From: Verrucomicrobiota bacterium
Lineage (GTDB): Bacteria > Verrucomicrobiota > Verrucomicrobiia > Limisphaerales > CANJSG01
Reading direction: 5' to 3'
Assembly: GCA_038209745.1 (NCBI GenBank)
Contig: JBBQXJ010000038.1
Location: 1-42,049, forward strand
Length of the DNA: 42,049 nt
The notes beneath the pieces are model-generated. The model had not been told where the DNA came from and searched no databases. It worked only from the letters and a program-made list of their open reading frames with translations. A program made the position numbers and the translations under genes. The stretch's first letter is position 1. Every line of letters starts with the position of its first letter. Below, in pieces: positions 1 to 9,206 of the stretch.

Positions 1-20
1 CCGGCAGAGGCACTTTTGAG

Positions 21-403
21 GTGGGACTGCGCTGCCGCGCAGTCCTGATCTCCGTCCCAAGCGCAGCGCGGGACGAACCAGACCCTCTGCCGGGACAGGC
101 CCATTGAAACGAGGGAGCCCCTCACCCGGGTTTCAGCCACCTTCTCCCCGTTCGACGGGGAGGGCCGGGATGAGGGGCTTTCCCTTTTTTTGCCAGTCAT
201 CCTTGGTAGTTGGACGTGAGGTCCGAACCCAAGTTAGAAACGGATCCGAAGCGAGTTTCTCCGAGACCTTTCCGGGTCGGAAGCCGTGTCCCGACCGCAA
301 AGACATCGCTGCGCTCGTCTTTGTTGAGACGGGGCGGAGCGGCAGCTCCGCCCTACCCTTGGAGGGCACGCTCTCCGAGGGTAGGGCGGCAGCATCGCCG
401 TCC
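21..403. repeat. Cluster of REP-like palindromes (GTAG/GTGG type) and a CCCCTCACCC...GGGGAGGG type hairpin repeat
   Basis: GTGG-GACTGCGC-TGCC-GCGCAGTC at 21-44. On the minus strand, GTAG-GGCGGAGC-TGCC-GCTCCGCC at 333-356 has the same TGCC loop. An imperfect GTAGGGCGGC..GCCGTCC lies at 381-403. GCCCCTCA (117-124) pairs with TGAGGGGC (171-178) around CTCCCCGT-TCG-ACGGGGAG. Confidence 0.7.
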
Positions 404-544
404 AGAAGTTTCGCCAGTGGGAAAGGCCTTCGGCGGTGTGCCCTGTGCGGGATGAATGGCGGCGAACTGGAGTCTGCCGCCATCTGGTTTTGGATTTCTC
501 GGCGATCTTGAAAAATCCCGGCGCTTCCGGAAGGTGTCGGCCCG

Positions 545-1651
545 ATGCAACCCCTGCCGCTGGACCTTGATCGTCTGCGTGTCTTCCCCCTTGCGGAGCG
601 CCTCAGCCTCACGCAGGTGGACGATATTTTGATCCGGCCAGAAGCTCCCGCGCCGTTGGGCGACGACGCTTTGGAGCGGGCTGTCGAGGATTGCGCTGGG
701 CAGATCCGGAAGGCCCGCGTGCGCGGTGCGGCGGTCATGCTGATCTACGGCGCACATCTCCTGCGGAACGGCGCGGCGCTGTTGTTGGACCAATTGATGG
801 CCGGCGGTTGGCTGACCCATCTGGCGACGAACGGCGCGGGCACGATCCACGATTGGGAATACGCCTGGCTCGGCGCCTCGACGGAACGGGTGGAAGAGAA
901 CGTGGCGCAGGGACGGTTCGGCACTTGGGACGAAACGGCAACGAACATCCATCTGGCGCTGATGGCCGGCGCTCTGGACGGACTGGGCTACGGTCGGGCG
1001 CTGGGGCGTTTCATCGCAGAGGACGGGGTTGAATTGCCGACGGTGGAAGTCTTGAAGGCCGCCATTCGCGAACAGCCGGAGCATCCGTTGACCGCCGCAC
1101 GGGCCGACCTCCTGCAGACGATGACGCGGCGCGGTTGGGGAGGCGGGTTGGTCTGCGTGGAGCACCGTTGGAAGCACGCGAGCATCCTGGCCTCGGCCTG
1201 GAAGCACGGCGTGCCCGTCACGGTGCATCCGGGCATCGGCTACGACATCATTTCGAACCATCCCATCTTCAACGGCGCCGTCATCGGGCGGGCGGGGGAG
1301 ATGGACTTCAAGCTGTTCGGCGGCTCCGTGGAACAACTGGACGGCGGCGTGGTCTTGTCGGTCGGGTCCGCGATCATGGGGCCGCAGGTCTTCGAGAAAA
1401 GCCTGAGTTGCGTGAACAATCTCCGTCTCCAGGCTGGCCGCGACGTGGTGAAAGACTTCGACATCGAGGTGGTGGATCTCCAGGACGGCGGCGGCTGGGA
1501 CTGGTCGACGGGTGAACCGCCCAAGACGAACCCCGCCTACTACCTGCGCTTCTGCAAGAGCTACTCCCGCATGGGCGGCACGATGCGCTATCTCCAGTGC
1601 GACAACGCCGCTTTCATCCATCACCTGCACCACGCGCTCGTCCGGCCATGA
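545..1651 (+). CDS. Uncharacterized deoxyhypusine-synthase-like (GSU2086-like) protein
   Basis: 368 aa ORF with host-like codon usage. Motifs LIYGAH, HLATNGAGTIHDWE, PVTVHPGIGYDII and LSVGSAIMGPQVFEK recall DHS-like fold proteins. Overlaps the next gene by ATGA. Confidence 0.65.
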   Translation: MQPLPLDLDRLRVFPLAERLSLTQVDDILIRPEAPAPLGDDALERAVEDCAGQIRKARVRGAAVMLIYGAHLLRNGAALLLDQLMAGGWLTHLATNGAGTIHDWEYAWLGASTERVEENVAQGRFGTWDETATNIHLALMAGALDGLGYGRALGRFIAEDGVELPTVEVLKAAIREQPEHPLTAARADLLQTMTRRGWGGGLVCVEHRWKHASILASAWKHGVPVTVHPGIGYDIISNHPIFNGAVIGRAGEMDFKLFGGSVEQLDGGVVLSVGSAIMGPQVFEKSLSCVNNLRLQAGRDVVKDFDIEVVDLQDGGGWDWSTGEPPKTNPAYYLRFCKSYSRMGGTMRYLQCDNAAFIHHLHHALVRP

Positions 1652-2670
1652 ACGCCCCACGCTTCCACAAATTAACCGCGCGCTACGCCGGGCTGCGCAT
1701 CGCGGTGGTCGGCGACTTCTGCCTCGACCGTTATCTGGAGATCGATCCGGCGAAGGCCGAGACGTCGATCGAGACCGGCTTGCCCGTGCACAACGTGGTC
1801 CGGGTGCGGTCGCAGGCCGGCGCGGCGGGAACCATTCTGGCCAACCTAGCGGCCTTGGGGATCGGCACGCTGCATCCGGTGGGCTTCTGCGGGGACGACG
1901 GCGAAGGGATGGAGCTGCAACGCGCCTTGAGTCGTCTGCCTGGAGTGCGGTTGAAGCACTTCATCGCGACGCCCGAGCGACGGACCTTCACCTACTGCAA
2001 GCCGCTCATTGTCACGCCCGATCAGCCGCCGCAGGAGTTGAGCCGACTGGACAGCAAGAACTGGACGCCGACGCCGGCGGGGGTCGAGGCCCGGTTGATC
2101 CAAGCGGTCAAGGAACTGGTGCCGGTGGTTGATGCCGTCATCGTGATGGACCAGGTGGATCTGGCGCGAACGGGCGTGGTGTCGGCGGTGCTGCTCGAAG
2201 CGCTGAGTTCGCTGACCGAGACGAAGAGGATTCCGGTGATCGCGGACTGTCGGCGCGGTTTGGCGGGCTACCCGCCCTTCGTCTTCAAGATGAACGCGGC
2301 GGAACTGGCGGCGCTGGGGGGAGCGGGAGAAATGGCGGATTCAACGGACATCGAAAAGGGAGCCTCGGACCTGGCGCGGCGCAACGGGCAGTCGGTTTTT
2401 GTTACCATGGCGGAGCGAGGGATGATCGGAGCAGTGGCGGAAGGGGCGGTCGAGCGGGTGGCGGCCCATCCGGTGAACGGTCCGATCGACATCGTGGGCG
2501 CCGGAGATGCCGTGACGGCGAATCTGGCGGCCGGTTTGGCGGCGGGCGCATCGATCGGAGAAGCGATGGAGCTGGCAATGGCGGCGGCCTCCATCGTGAT
2601 CCATCAACTGGGAACGACCGGGACTTCTACGGTCGCGCAGTTGGCGGAACGGTGCTTGGCGAAGGATTGA
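1648..2670 (+). CDS. PfkB/ribokinase-family kinase, RfaE/HldE kinase-domain-like
   Basis: N-terminal IAVVGDFCLDRY, GAAGT..NLAALG and C-terminal DIVGAGD PfkB signature. Start ATG 1648 is coupled to the upstream stop. Confidence 0.85.
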   Translation: MNAPRFHKLTARYAGLRIAVVGDFCLDRYLEIDPAKAETSIETGLPVHNVVRVRSQAGAAGTILANLAALGIGTLHPVGFCGDDGEGMELQRALSRLPGVRLKHFIATPERRTFTYCKPLIVTPDQPPQELSRLDSKNWTPTPAGVEARLIQAVKELVPVVDAVIVMDQVDLARTGVVSAVLLEALSSLTETKRIPVIADCRRGLAGYPPFVFKMNAAELAALGGAGEMADSTDIEKGASDLARRNGQSVFVTMAERGMIGAVAEGAVERVAAHPVNGPIDIVGAGDAVTANLAAGLAAGASIGEAMELAMAAASIVIHQLGTTGTSTVAQLAERCLAKD

Positions 2671-2792
2671 ATTTGAGGCGGGACGGAGAAGGAAGAGTTC
2701 GGTGCCGAAGGCCTGGAGGGGGAAGTCGTCTTACCTTGCCTGAATTCGCAGGTGGGACTGGACCGCGAATGGGCGCGGGCTAAGGTCTGGCC

Positions 2793-3143
2793 GTGAGCTA
2801 TTCCCGACGTGGACTGTTCTCGTTTTTGGTCCGACCACTCAAGGCGGCGGCGTCTTCCGGCAAATCGGTGGCGAACATCGCGATCGGCCGATCCGCTGGG
2901 GCTCCGAATCCACCCCAAGAGGACCGGGTGGCGATCATCCAGGGAATCCATTGCCTCGCGGTCACCAACGGCTGCTCCATCTGCATCCAACAATGCCTCG
3001 TCGAAGGCGCGCTGGTTTTTCGGGACGGGATGCCGATGGTGGTTCCCGATATCTGCACGGGCTGCCGGGTCTGCTTCGAAGTCTGCCCGGCGCCGGCCAA
3101 TGCGGTGTTGATGATGAAGAGAACGAACTCTTCCAACCTGTGA
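2793..3143 (+). CDS. 4Fe-4S dicluster ferredoxin, NapF/MauM-like
   Basis: SRRGLF N-terminus; motifs CLAVTNGCSICIQQC and CTGCRVCFEVCP; GTG start. Confidence 0.85.
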   Translation: MSYSRRGLFSFLVRPLKAAASSGKSVANIAIGRSAGAPNPPQEDRVAIIQGIHCLAVTNGCSICIQQCLVEGALVFRDGMPMVVPDICTGCRVCFEVCPAPANAVLMMKRTNSSNL

Positions 3144-3511
3144 AGAGCCTCTCAGCTTATGACATCGAACGTTTGCTGGGAATGCGGCCAGCCGACAACC
3201 ATCCGCTCGAGATTCTCGGATACAGGTTTACCACAGAATGAGTCGCTCGATTCAGGTCTGAGAATCCAGATTTAAACTCCCAGATTTTCTCATTCATCGA
3301 ACACGCTCGTTCGGAGAACAGAGTATTCCCAAGGCATATCCAGCTTTCGGAATCTGGACGGGCTGCCTTCGTGTTTGCGTAAGATTCGGGTTTTTGCGGA
3401 AGCATCCTAGAAGAGGCCGCAGTGAGGCGATACGCACGTTTGTCTTTTGACCCACTTCCCATTTTCAAAGCAATTCGGGACTCCATCAAGCAAGTGACAA
3501 ATCCCGACTAG
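3140..3511 (+). pseudogene. Possible degenerate lower-GC ORF with two in-frame stops
   Basis: One frame reads VKSLSAYDIERLLG...FTTE*VARFRSENPDL...FVFA*DSGFCG...VTNPD*. Composition is visibly more AT-rich than the flanks. No recognisable family. Confidence 0.3.
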
Positions 3512-3527
3512 GTTCGGGGCTGCGAGT

Positions 3528-3590
3528 TTCTGCTCGGGTTGCGGCAGCTGCTGTGAAGTCTGCCCGACGCCGACGAACGCGATGATTTTG
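3528..3590 (+). pseudogene. Relic copy of the ferredoxin C-terminus
   Basis: Translates FCSGCGSCCEVCPTPTNAMIL, versus ICTGCRVCFEVCPAPANAVLM at 3051-3113. An in-frame stop lies at 3495-3497 and there is no start codon between it and the motif. Confidence 0.75.
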
Positions 3591-3670
3591 GGTGGAGAAG
3601 GGGGGAGAGTAGCCGAACCGTGCTGAAGCCTGTGGTTTTTCGAACGTGGGCTCTTTTCGCGCTGAGCGTC

Positions 3671-3761
3671 TTGGACTGCGCCGGTGCTCCGGCGCTTTGA
3701 AAGGGGGTTCTCTGGCTTTAGCCCGTCCTCCCCAAAGCGGCGCAGCAGCACCGCAGTCCAA
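3671..3761. repeat. Inverted REP-like doublet (TTGGACTGCG...CGCAGTCCAA)
   Basis: TTGGACTGCGCCGGTGCTCCGGCGCTTTG at 3671-3699 and inverted partner CAAAGCGGCGCAGCAGCACCGCAGTCCAA at 3733-3761. Confidence 0.7.
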
Positions 3762-3793
3762 AAGCTTCGCCACCGCGTGAGCCAAACTGTGTT

Positions 3794-3823
3794 TGGGCCT
3801 GATGGGCCTGATGGGCCTGATGG
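3794..3823. repeat. 9-bp tandem repeat (TGGGCCTGA)x3
   Basis: Directly visible in intergenic DNA. Confidence 0.85.
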
Positions 3824-3905
3824 ACACTCGGCCGTGGATGATGGCGGCGGACTCCCGTCTGCCGCCATGGGCGGGTAGCGGCGAATGGGAGTTCGCCGCA
3901 AATCG

Positions 3906-3942
3906 AAACAAAAAGCCGCCGAGTCTCGCGACTGACGGCTTT
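3906..3942 (-). terminator. Intrinsic terminator downstream of leuB
   Basis: Minus strand GCCGTCAGTC-GCGA-GACTCGGCGGC hairpin followed by TTTTTGTTT. Confidence 0.75.
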
Positions 3943-3984
3943 GCGATTGAACGGGTCTGACAGGCTGCGAGCCCGCCTTTTCGA

Positions 3985-5118
3985 TCAAATGTTCTTTGCG
4001 ATGGTGTCGCCCATCTCGGTGGTGCCGACCCGGCGAGCAGACGTGTCCAGGGCGGAGTAGATGTCGCCGGTGCGGAGGCCGGCGTTGATCGCGGCGGTCA
4101 CGGCGTTTTCGATGGCTTTGGCGGCGGCCTCCTGCTGGAAGGAGTAACGAAGCATCAACGCGGCGCTGAGGATCTGGGCGATGGGGTTCGCCAAGTTCTT
4201 GCCGGCGATGTCGGGGGCGGTGCCGCCGGCGGGTTCGTAGAAACCGAAGGTCTTGCCAGCCTCGGTCGCGCCAAGGCTGGCACTGGGCAACATGCCGAGG
4301 GAACCGGCGAGCGCGGCGGCTTCGTCGCTGAGGATGTCGCCGAACATGTTCTCGCAGAGCATGACGTCGAACTGGGTCGGCCGGAGCATCAGCTGCATGG
4401 CGCCGTTGTCCACGAACATGTGTTCCAGCGCGACGTCGGGGTATTCCTTGCCGATCTGGGTGACGGTTTCGCGCCAGAGAATACCGTTTTCCAGCACGTT
4501 CGCCTTGTCGATGCTGGTGAGTTTCTTGCGGCGGAGCCGGGCGGCCTTGAAGCCGACATGGGCGATGCGTTCGATCTCGGGCGTGGTGTAGACCATCGTG
4601 TCGATGGCGCGATGGATGGGACGCAGATTGCCGTCGATCCGGTCGGGTTGGGTGATCTCCTCGGTCTTCTTGGGCTGGCCGAAATACATGCCGCCGGTCA
4701 GTTCCCGCACGACTAGGATATCAATGCCATCGCCCTGACGCTCTGGTGTGAGAGGGCAGGAATGCGCGAGGGCCTTGGGCAACTGGACGGGGCGGAGATT
4801 GGCGAAGAGGCCGAATTCCTTGCGGATGCGGAGCAGCGCGGCGCGCTCGGGGCGTTCTTCCTTGGGAATGGTCGGATCGCGGTCGGGGAGACCGACGGAG
4901 CCGAAGAGAATGGCGTCGGACTGTTTGCAGAGGGCGAGCGTGGCGTCGGGCAGGGCTTTGCCGGCGGCGTCGATGCCGGCCCAGCCGACGGGCGCTTCCG
5001 TGATCTCGAACTTCAGGGAAAACTTCTGCTCGACGGCGCGGAGCACTTTAATGGCTTCGCGGGCGACTTCGGGGCCGATGCCGTCACCGGCGAGGGCGGC
5101 GATCTTGTATGAACTCAT
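3985..5118 (-). CDS. leuB: 3-isopropylmalate dehydrogenase
   Basis: GDGIGPEV, LFANLRP, VVRELTGGMYFG, DKANVL, NMFGDILSDEA, EPAGGTAPDIAGKNLANP. Confidence 0.97.
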   Translation of the reverse strand: MSSYKIAALAGDGIGPEVAREAIKVLRAVEQKFSLKFEITEAPVGWAGIDAAGKALPDATLALCKQSDAILFGSVGLPDRDPTIPKEERPERAALLRIRKEFGLFANLRPVQLPKALAHSCPLTPERQGDGIDILVVRELTGGMYFGQPKKTEEITQPDRIDGNLRPIHRAIDTMVYTTPEIERIAHVGFKAARLRRKKLTSIDKANVLENGILWRETVTQIGKEYPDVALEHMFVDNGAMQLMLRPTQFDVMLCENMFGDILSDEAAALAGSLGMLPSASLGATEAGKTFGFYEPAGGTAPDIAGKNLANPIAQILSAALMLRYSFQQEAAAKAIENAVTAAINAGLRTGDIYSALDTSARRVGTTEMGDTIAKNI

Positions 5119-5127
5119 GGGGGGCGG

Positions 5128-5156
5128 AGGCTAGAAACGCCGACCGGGGCGTGCAA
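5128..5156 (-). promoter_or_regulatory. Sigma-70-type promoter of leuB (leaderless or near-leaderless)
   Basis: TTGCAC-17 nt-TAGCCT, then 9 nt to ATG; no Shine-Dalgarno. Confidence 0.55.
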
Positions 5157-5348
5157 GCGCGGTTTGGCGCGGCGGCTCTGGGAAGGGGGTGAATGAATCC
5201 CGAGAACACTTCGTTTGAAGGTCGTGGGAACCGAGGCGCGTCAAAAGGCTTCCGGGGCGGGCATTCCCCGGCGATCCGGGCCCGCACGGAAATCAGCTTG
5301 GCCATCGGGCGGGAAAGGCGTCACAAATTGTCCCAGTCACACTCCCTC

Positions 5349-6398
5349 ATGAAAACATCCCCATTTATCCGGGTGCGCGCAGCAGCGTTGGCCTGCTTCG
5401 CCCTTCTAGCATGCGCGGTTCCGACGCTGTTCGGCGCCGACTGGATCTCCTACGAACCGAAGCCGGGCCCGGGCACCGGTAAACACATCGTTTTCCTCGC
5501 GGGCGACGAGGAATACCGCTCGGAGGAAGGTCTGCCGATGTTGGCCAAGATCCTGAGCCAACGGCACGGCTTCAAGACGACGGTGCTCTTCTCGATGGGG
5601 GCCGACGGCACGATCGATCCAAACAACGGCGGCAGCTTGAGCCACCCCGAGGCGCTGGATTCCGCCGACGCCATCGTGATGCTGCTGCGCTTCCGGCATT
5701 GGCCGGACGACGCTTCCAAGCGCTTCGACGCCGCCGTGAAGCGCGGGGTGCCGATCATCGCCCTGCGCACCAGCACCCACGCCTTCAACGACTACGCCAA
5801 GGGCAGTCCTTGGGAAGACTGGAACTACGGCCGAAAGGGCGGCTTCGGTCGCCAGGTGCTCGGCGAAACGTGGGTGAACCACTGGGGCGGCCATAAGTCG
5901 GAAGCGACGCGCGGGATCATCGAACCCTCGGCGAAGTCCGACCCGATCTTCAACGGCGTGGCCGACATCTTCGGCCTGACCGACGTCTATGAGGCGTATC
6001 CGACGGCCGACTGCAAGATCCTGCTCCGGGGCCAGGTCTTGAAGGGGATGAACCACGACGACGCGCCGGCGGACTACAAGAAGAAGCGGGCCAACGACAA
6101 GATGGAGCAGGGCATCAACGATCCCATGATGGCCATCGCCTGGACCCGCGAGAACAAGAACGAGAACGGGAAGAACAACCGCGTCTTCACCACGACGATG
6201 GGCGCGGCGACGGACCTCGTGACGGAGGATCTGCGCCGGTTGATCGTCAACGCGGTCTATTGGGGACTGGCCATGCCGGTGCCGGCCAAGGCGAATGTGG
6301 CCATCGTGGACGGCTACAAGCCCACGGCCTACGGGTTCGACGGCTTCCGCAAGGGCGTGAAGCCGGCCGATCTGGCTTTGGGCAAACCCATCGAATAG
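5349..6398 (+). CDS. Secreted ThuA-like (class I glutamine amidotransferase fold) protein
   Basis: Signal peptide-like N-terminus; GDEEYRSEE, ALRTSTHAF and FTTTMG motifs typical of PVC ThuA-domain proteins. Confidence 0.8.
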   Translation: MKTSPFIRVRAAALACFALLACAVPTLFGADWISYEPKPGPGTGKHIVFLAGDEEYRSEEGLPMLAKILSQRHGFKTTVLFSMGADGTIDPNNGGSLSHPEALDSADAIVMLLRFRHWPDDASKRFDAAVKRGVPIIALRTSTHAFNDYAKGSPWEDWNYGRKGGFGRQVLGETWVNHWGGHKSEATRGIIEPSAKSDPIFNGVADIFGLTDVYEAYPTADCKILLRGQVLKGMNHDDAPADYKKKRANDKMEQGINDPMMAIAWTRENKNENGKNNRVFTTTMGAATDLVTEDLRRLIVNAVYWGLAMPVPAKANVAIVDGYKPTAYGFDGFRKGVKPADLALGKPIE

Positions 6399-6420
6399 CC
6401 CGAGAGAGAGGCGGAGGAAA

Positions 6421-6447
6421 CGGAGCGCGGACCGTCACGTCCGCGAG
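6421..6447 (+). repeat. GGAG-type REP-like palindrome, left arm of inverted pair
   Basis: CGGAG-CGCGGAC-CGTCAC-GTCCGCG-AG. Confidence 0.8.
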
Positions 6448-6488
6448 AGCCGCTTGTGCTTTGTTCGGCGTCAGTCACAAGCACTACC

Positions 6489-6974
6489 ATGGGCAACGCA
6501 TACGAAGCGAATTTGCTGTGGTGGGTGATTCCGGAAGTTTTGGCAGGTGTGCCAATGCCGTTTATCCACGCTGACCGTCGTATGGCTGGAGGTGGCGCGT
6601 TGGTTGACTTCGAGGACGAGTTGCCCGTTTTGCACTCGGCTGGCGTGCGCGCCGTGGTCCCCCTTCTCAACATTCCCAGCGACGCTTCCGTTTACGAGTC
6701 GGCAGGTTTCTGGTCTCTTTGTTTGCCAGTTCCAGACGGAGGCGCGCCGTCGTTCGACCAGGCGGAAGAGTTTGTCCGTTTCGTTTCGCAGCAAAGTTCA
6801 GCGCAGCGGCCTGTTGCTGTTCACTGCGAGGCTGGGCTTGGCCGGACCGGCACGTTGCTGGCGACCTGTTTGGTTGAAGAGGGAGAAAGCGCTCCGGTTG
6901 CGATCAAGCGGGTCCGAGCAGCCGAGAGGGCTGCCGTGGAGACGTCGCGTCAGATACGGTTTTTAGAGCGGTAG
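6489..6974 (+). CDS. Dual-specificity/protein-tyrosine phosphatase family protein
   Basis: CX5R P-loop VHCEAGLGRTG, upstream PVPDGGAP acid loop, downstream VETSRQ. Codon usage is less GC-biased than neighbours. Confidence 0.9.
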   Translation: MGNAYEANLLWWVIPEVLAGVPMPFIHADRRMAGGGALVDFEDELPVLHSAGVRAVVPLLNIPSDASVYESAGFWSLCLPVPDGGAPSFDQAEEFVRFVSQQSSAQRPVAVHCEAGLGRTGTLLATCLVEEGESAPVAIKRVRAAERAAVETSRQIRFLER

Positions 6975-7067
6975 GCAGAGAAAGTTCGCCCGACTTAGGG
7001 CTGATAGTCGGTTCTTTGCGCCGCTCTGCGCGGCGCTACTTGTCGCAGCGCGACCAGTTCCACCTGG

Positions 7068-7094
7068 CTCGCGGACGTGACTGTCTGCGCTCCG
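7068..7094 (-). repeat. GGAG-type REP-like palindrome, right arm of inverted pair
   Basis: Reverse complement CGGAGCGCAGACAGTCACGTCCGCGAG matches 6421-6447 at 25/27 positions. Confidence 0.8.
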
Positions 7095-7101
7095 ATCCGG
7101 T

Positions 7102-7896
7102 TCAGAGCTTTTTCAGCAGTTCCTTCCAACGCGCCCACGCTTCGTTGCGGGCCTTTTTGTTGGCCTCGTTGCCGGCGGGGTCTTCGCCGGCCCGCATGAA
7201 GCCGTGGCCGGCTCCGTCGTAGACGACGGGTTCATAGGTTTTTTCACCCTTCTTCATCAGGTCGGTGGACTTGGGGATCGTCGAGTTCACCCGGGCGTCG
7301 TTGCCGCCGTAGAAGCCATAGACGGGCGCGGCGATCCTGGCGGTGTCCGCTTCGTTGTCGGGTCCGGATCCGTAGAAGACGAAGGATGCCTTGATGTCCT
7401 TGGCGTGGGTGGCGTAGCGGAAGGTCTGGGAACCGCCCCAACAGAATCCGGCGACGGCGACCTTGCCATTGGCGGCGGGGATCTTGGCCGCGAAGGCGAT
7501 GACGGCGTCGAGATCGGCGGTGACCTGGTCGGGCTTCAATTGGGACACAGCGCGCCGGGCTCCGTCATTTCCGAGTTCGGCCGAACCGCCGCCGTTCGGG
7601 GCGGCGCCGGAGAGGAAGTCGGGGGCGATGGCGATGTAGCCGGCTTCAGCCAATTGATCCGCGACGCTGCGGACCCAGTCGGTCATGCCGAAGATTTCAT
7701 GGATGAGAACAACGACCGGGGCCTTGTCCTTCACTTCGGGATAGGCGATGGAGCAGGTGACTTCGCGGTCGCCGTATTTGACCTTGATCCATTCCTGATG
7801 GCGCGGGGATTTCTCGATGCGCGCCTTGGCCCAGTCCTGGGCGGTTGCGGCGAGGCAGAGGCAGGTCAACAAGGGGAAGAGGAGAAGTCGTTTCAT
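7102..7896 (-). CDS. Secreted dienelactone hydrolase family protein
   Basis: Signal peptide MKRLLLFPLL..., IHEIFG, nucleophile elbow GFCWGG, GAGHGF. Confidence 0.92.
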   Translation of the reverse strand: MKRLLLFPLLTCLCLAATAQDWAKARIEKSPRHQEWIKVKYGDREVTCSIAYPEVKDKAPVVVLIHEIFGMTDWVRSVADQLAEAGYIAIAPDFLSGAAPNGGGSAELGNDGARRAVSQLKPDQVTADLDAVIAFAAKIPAANGKVAVAGFCWGGSQTFRYATHAKDIKASFVFYGSGPDNEADTARIAAPVYGFYGGNDARVNSTIPKSTDLMKKGEKTYEPVVYDGAGHGFMRAGEDPAGNEANKKARNEAWARWKELLKKL

Positions 7897-8012
7897 GGCG
7901 GGTTGGTGTTGGGGTTTCCGGTGGAGCGACGCGAGAGGGCAGGGGATGGTTACTGGACGCCGAAGTTTCCACCCGTTGCCCATCGTTGATCGCCATGCCA
8001 TAGATTCCGGCC

Positions 8013-9194
8013 ATGAAGTATCGCCGCTTCGGCAAGACCGAGCTCCAGATCCCCGTCTTCTCATGTGGTGGCATGCGCTACCAATACAAATGGACGGACG
8101 CGGAGCCGGCGGAGATTCCGGCGGAGAACCAGGCCAATCTCGAAGCGTGCATCCATCGCGCCGTCGATCTTGGGATCAACCACATCGAGACGGCCCGCCA
8201 TTACGGGACTTCGGAGATGCAGTTGGGTCCGGTATTGGCCCAGTTCCCGCGCGAGAGACTAATCGTCCAGACGAAGGTGCCTCCGGCCGCGAAGCCAGCC
8301 GATTTCCTCCGTGAATTCGACAAGAGCATGACGTATCTGCGGCTCGACCACGTGGAGCTTCTGTCGCTGCACGGGATCAACAACCGGGAGCTGCTGGAAT
8401 GGTCCGTGCGCAAGGGCGGTTGCCTCGACGCCGCGCGGAAGCTGCAGGCGGAAGGGCGGGTCAAGCACATCGGGTTCTCCACGCACGCGACTCCGGATGT
8501 GCTGCTGGAGGCGATTGAGACGGGGGAGTTCGCCTACGTGAATCTCCACTGGTATTTCGTCAACGGTCTCAACGGGGCGTCGGTCGTCGCCGCCCGGAAG
8601 CGGGACATGGGCGTTTTCATCATCAGTCCCAACGACAAAGGCGGAAAACTCTACGAACCGCCCCAGAGTCTGCGCGATATGTGTGCGCCGCTCACGCCGA
8701 TGCAGTTCAACGACCTCTACTGCTTGGATCGGCCGGAGGTCCACACGCTCAGCTTGGGAGCGGCACGTCCCTCCGACTTTGATGAACACGTCGCGGGGCT
8801 GCGGTGGTATGACCAGATCGCTGAAACCCTTGCGCCGATCAAGGCCCGCCTGCGCGCCGAAATGGAACGGGAGCTGGGGCATGACTGGTGTGAGCGCTGG
8901 TCCGAGGGCCTTCCTGAATACGTGGATGTGCCGGGGCAGACAAACATCACGGAGATCCTCCGACTCTGGACCTACGCGAAGGCGCTCGGTTTGGTCGGCT
9001 GGGGCAAGATGCGCTACAACCTCCTGGGCCAGGCCGACCATTGGTTCCCCGGAGAAACGGTGGCCAAGCTCGACAAAGCGCGCTTGGCCGAGGTTTTGAG
9101 GAAGAGCCCATTTGCCGCGCGAATTCCTGGGATCTTGGAGGAAGCGCACGCGATGCTGTTCGACGAACCGAAGAAGCGGCTGAGCCAGAGTTGA
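8013..9194 (+). CDS. Aldo/keto reductase family oxidoreductase
   Basis: [39 protein letters not shown]. Confidence 0.9.
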   Translation: MKYRRFGKTELQIPVFSCGGMRYQYKWTDAEPAEIPAENQANLEACIHRAVDLGINHIETARHYGTSEMQLGPVLAQFPRERLIVQTKVPPAAKPADFLREFDKSMTYLRLDHVELLSLHGINNRELLEWSVRKGGCLDAARKLQAEGRVKHIGFSTHATPDVLLEAIETGEFAYVNLHWYFVNGLNGASVVAARKRDMGVFIISPNDKGGKLYEPPQSLRDMCAPLTPMQFNDLYCLDRPEVHTLSLGAARPSDFDEHVAGLRWYDQIAETLAPIKARLRAEMERELGHDWCERWSEGLPEYVDVPGQTNITEILRLWTYAKALGLVGWGKMRYNLLGQADHWFPGETVAKLDKARLAEVLRKSPFAARIPGILEEAHAMLFDEPKKRLSQS

Positions 9195-9206
9195 GTGCGA
9201 GGCACC

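Noticed and set aside
3157..3489. 110-aa minus-strand ORF
   Set aside because: No motif or RBS; it is the antisense of the degenerate plus-strand frame.
6972..6998. Possible stop-codon readthrough or recoding at the phosphatase TAG (continues AEKVRPT*)
   Set aside because: Only 7 more codons follow and the catalytic domain is complete; no evidence of recoding elsewhere. At most a trivial nonsense change.
6463..7060. Integron gene cassette interpretation
   Set aside because: A GTTCGGC core-like site is present, but there is no convincing inverse core or attC hairpin after the gene and no integrase in the window.
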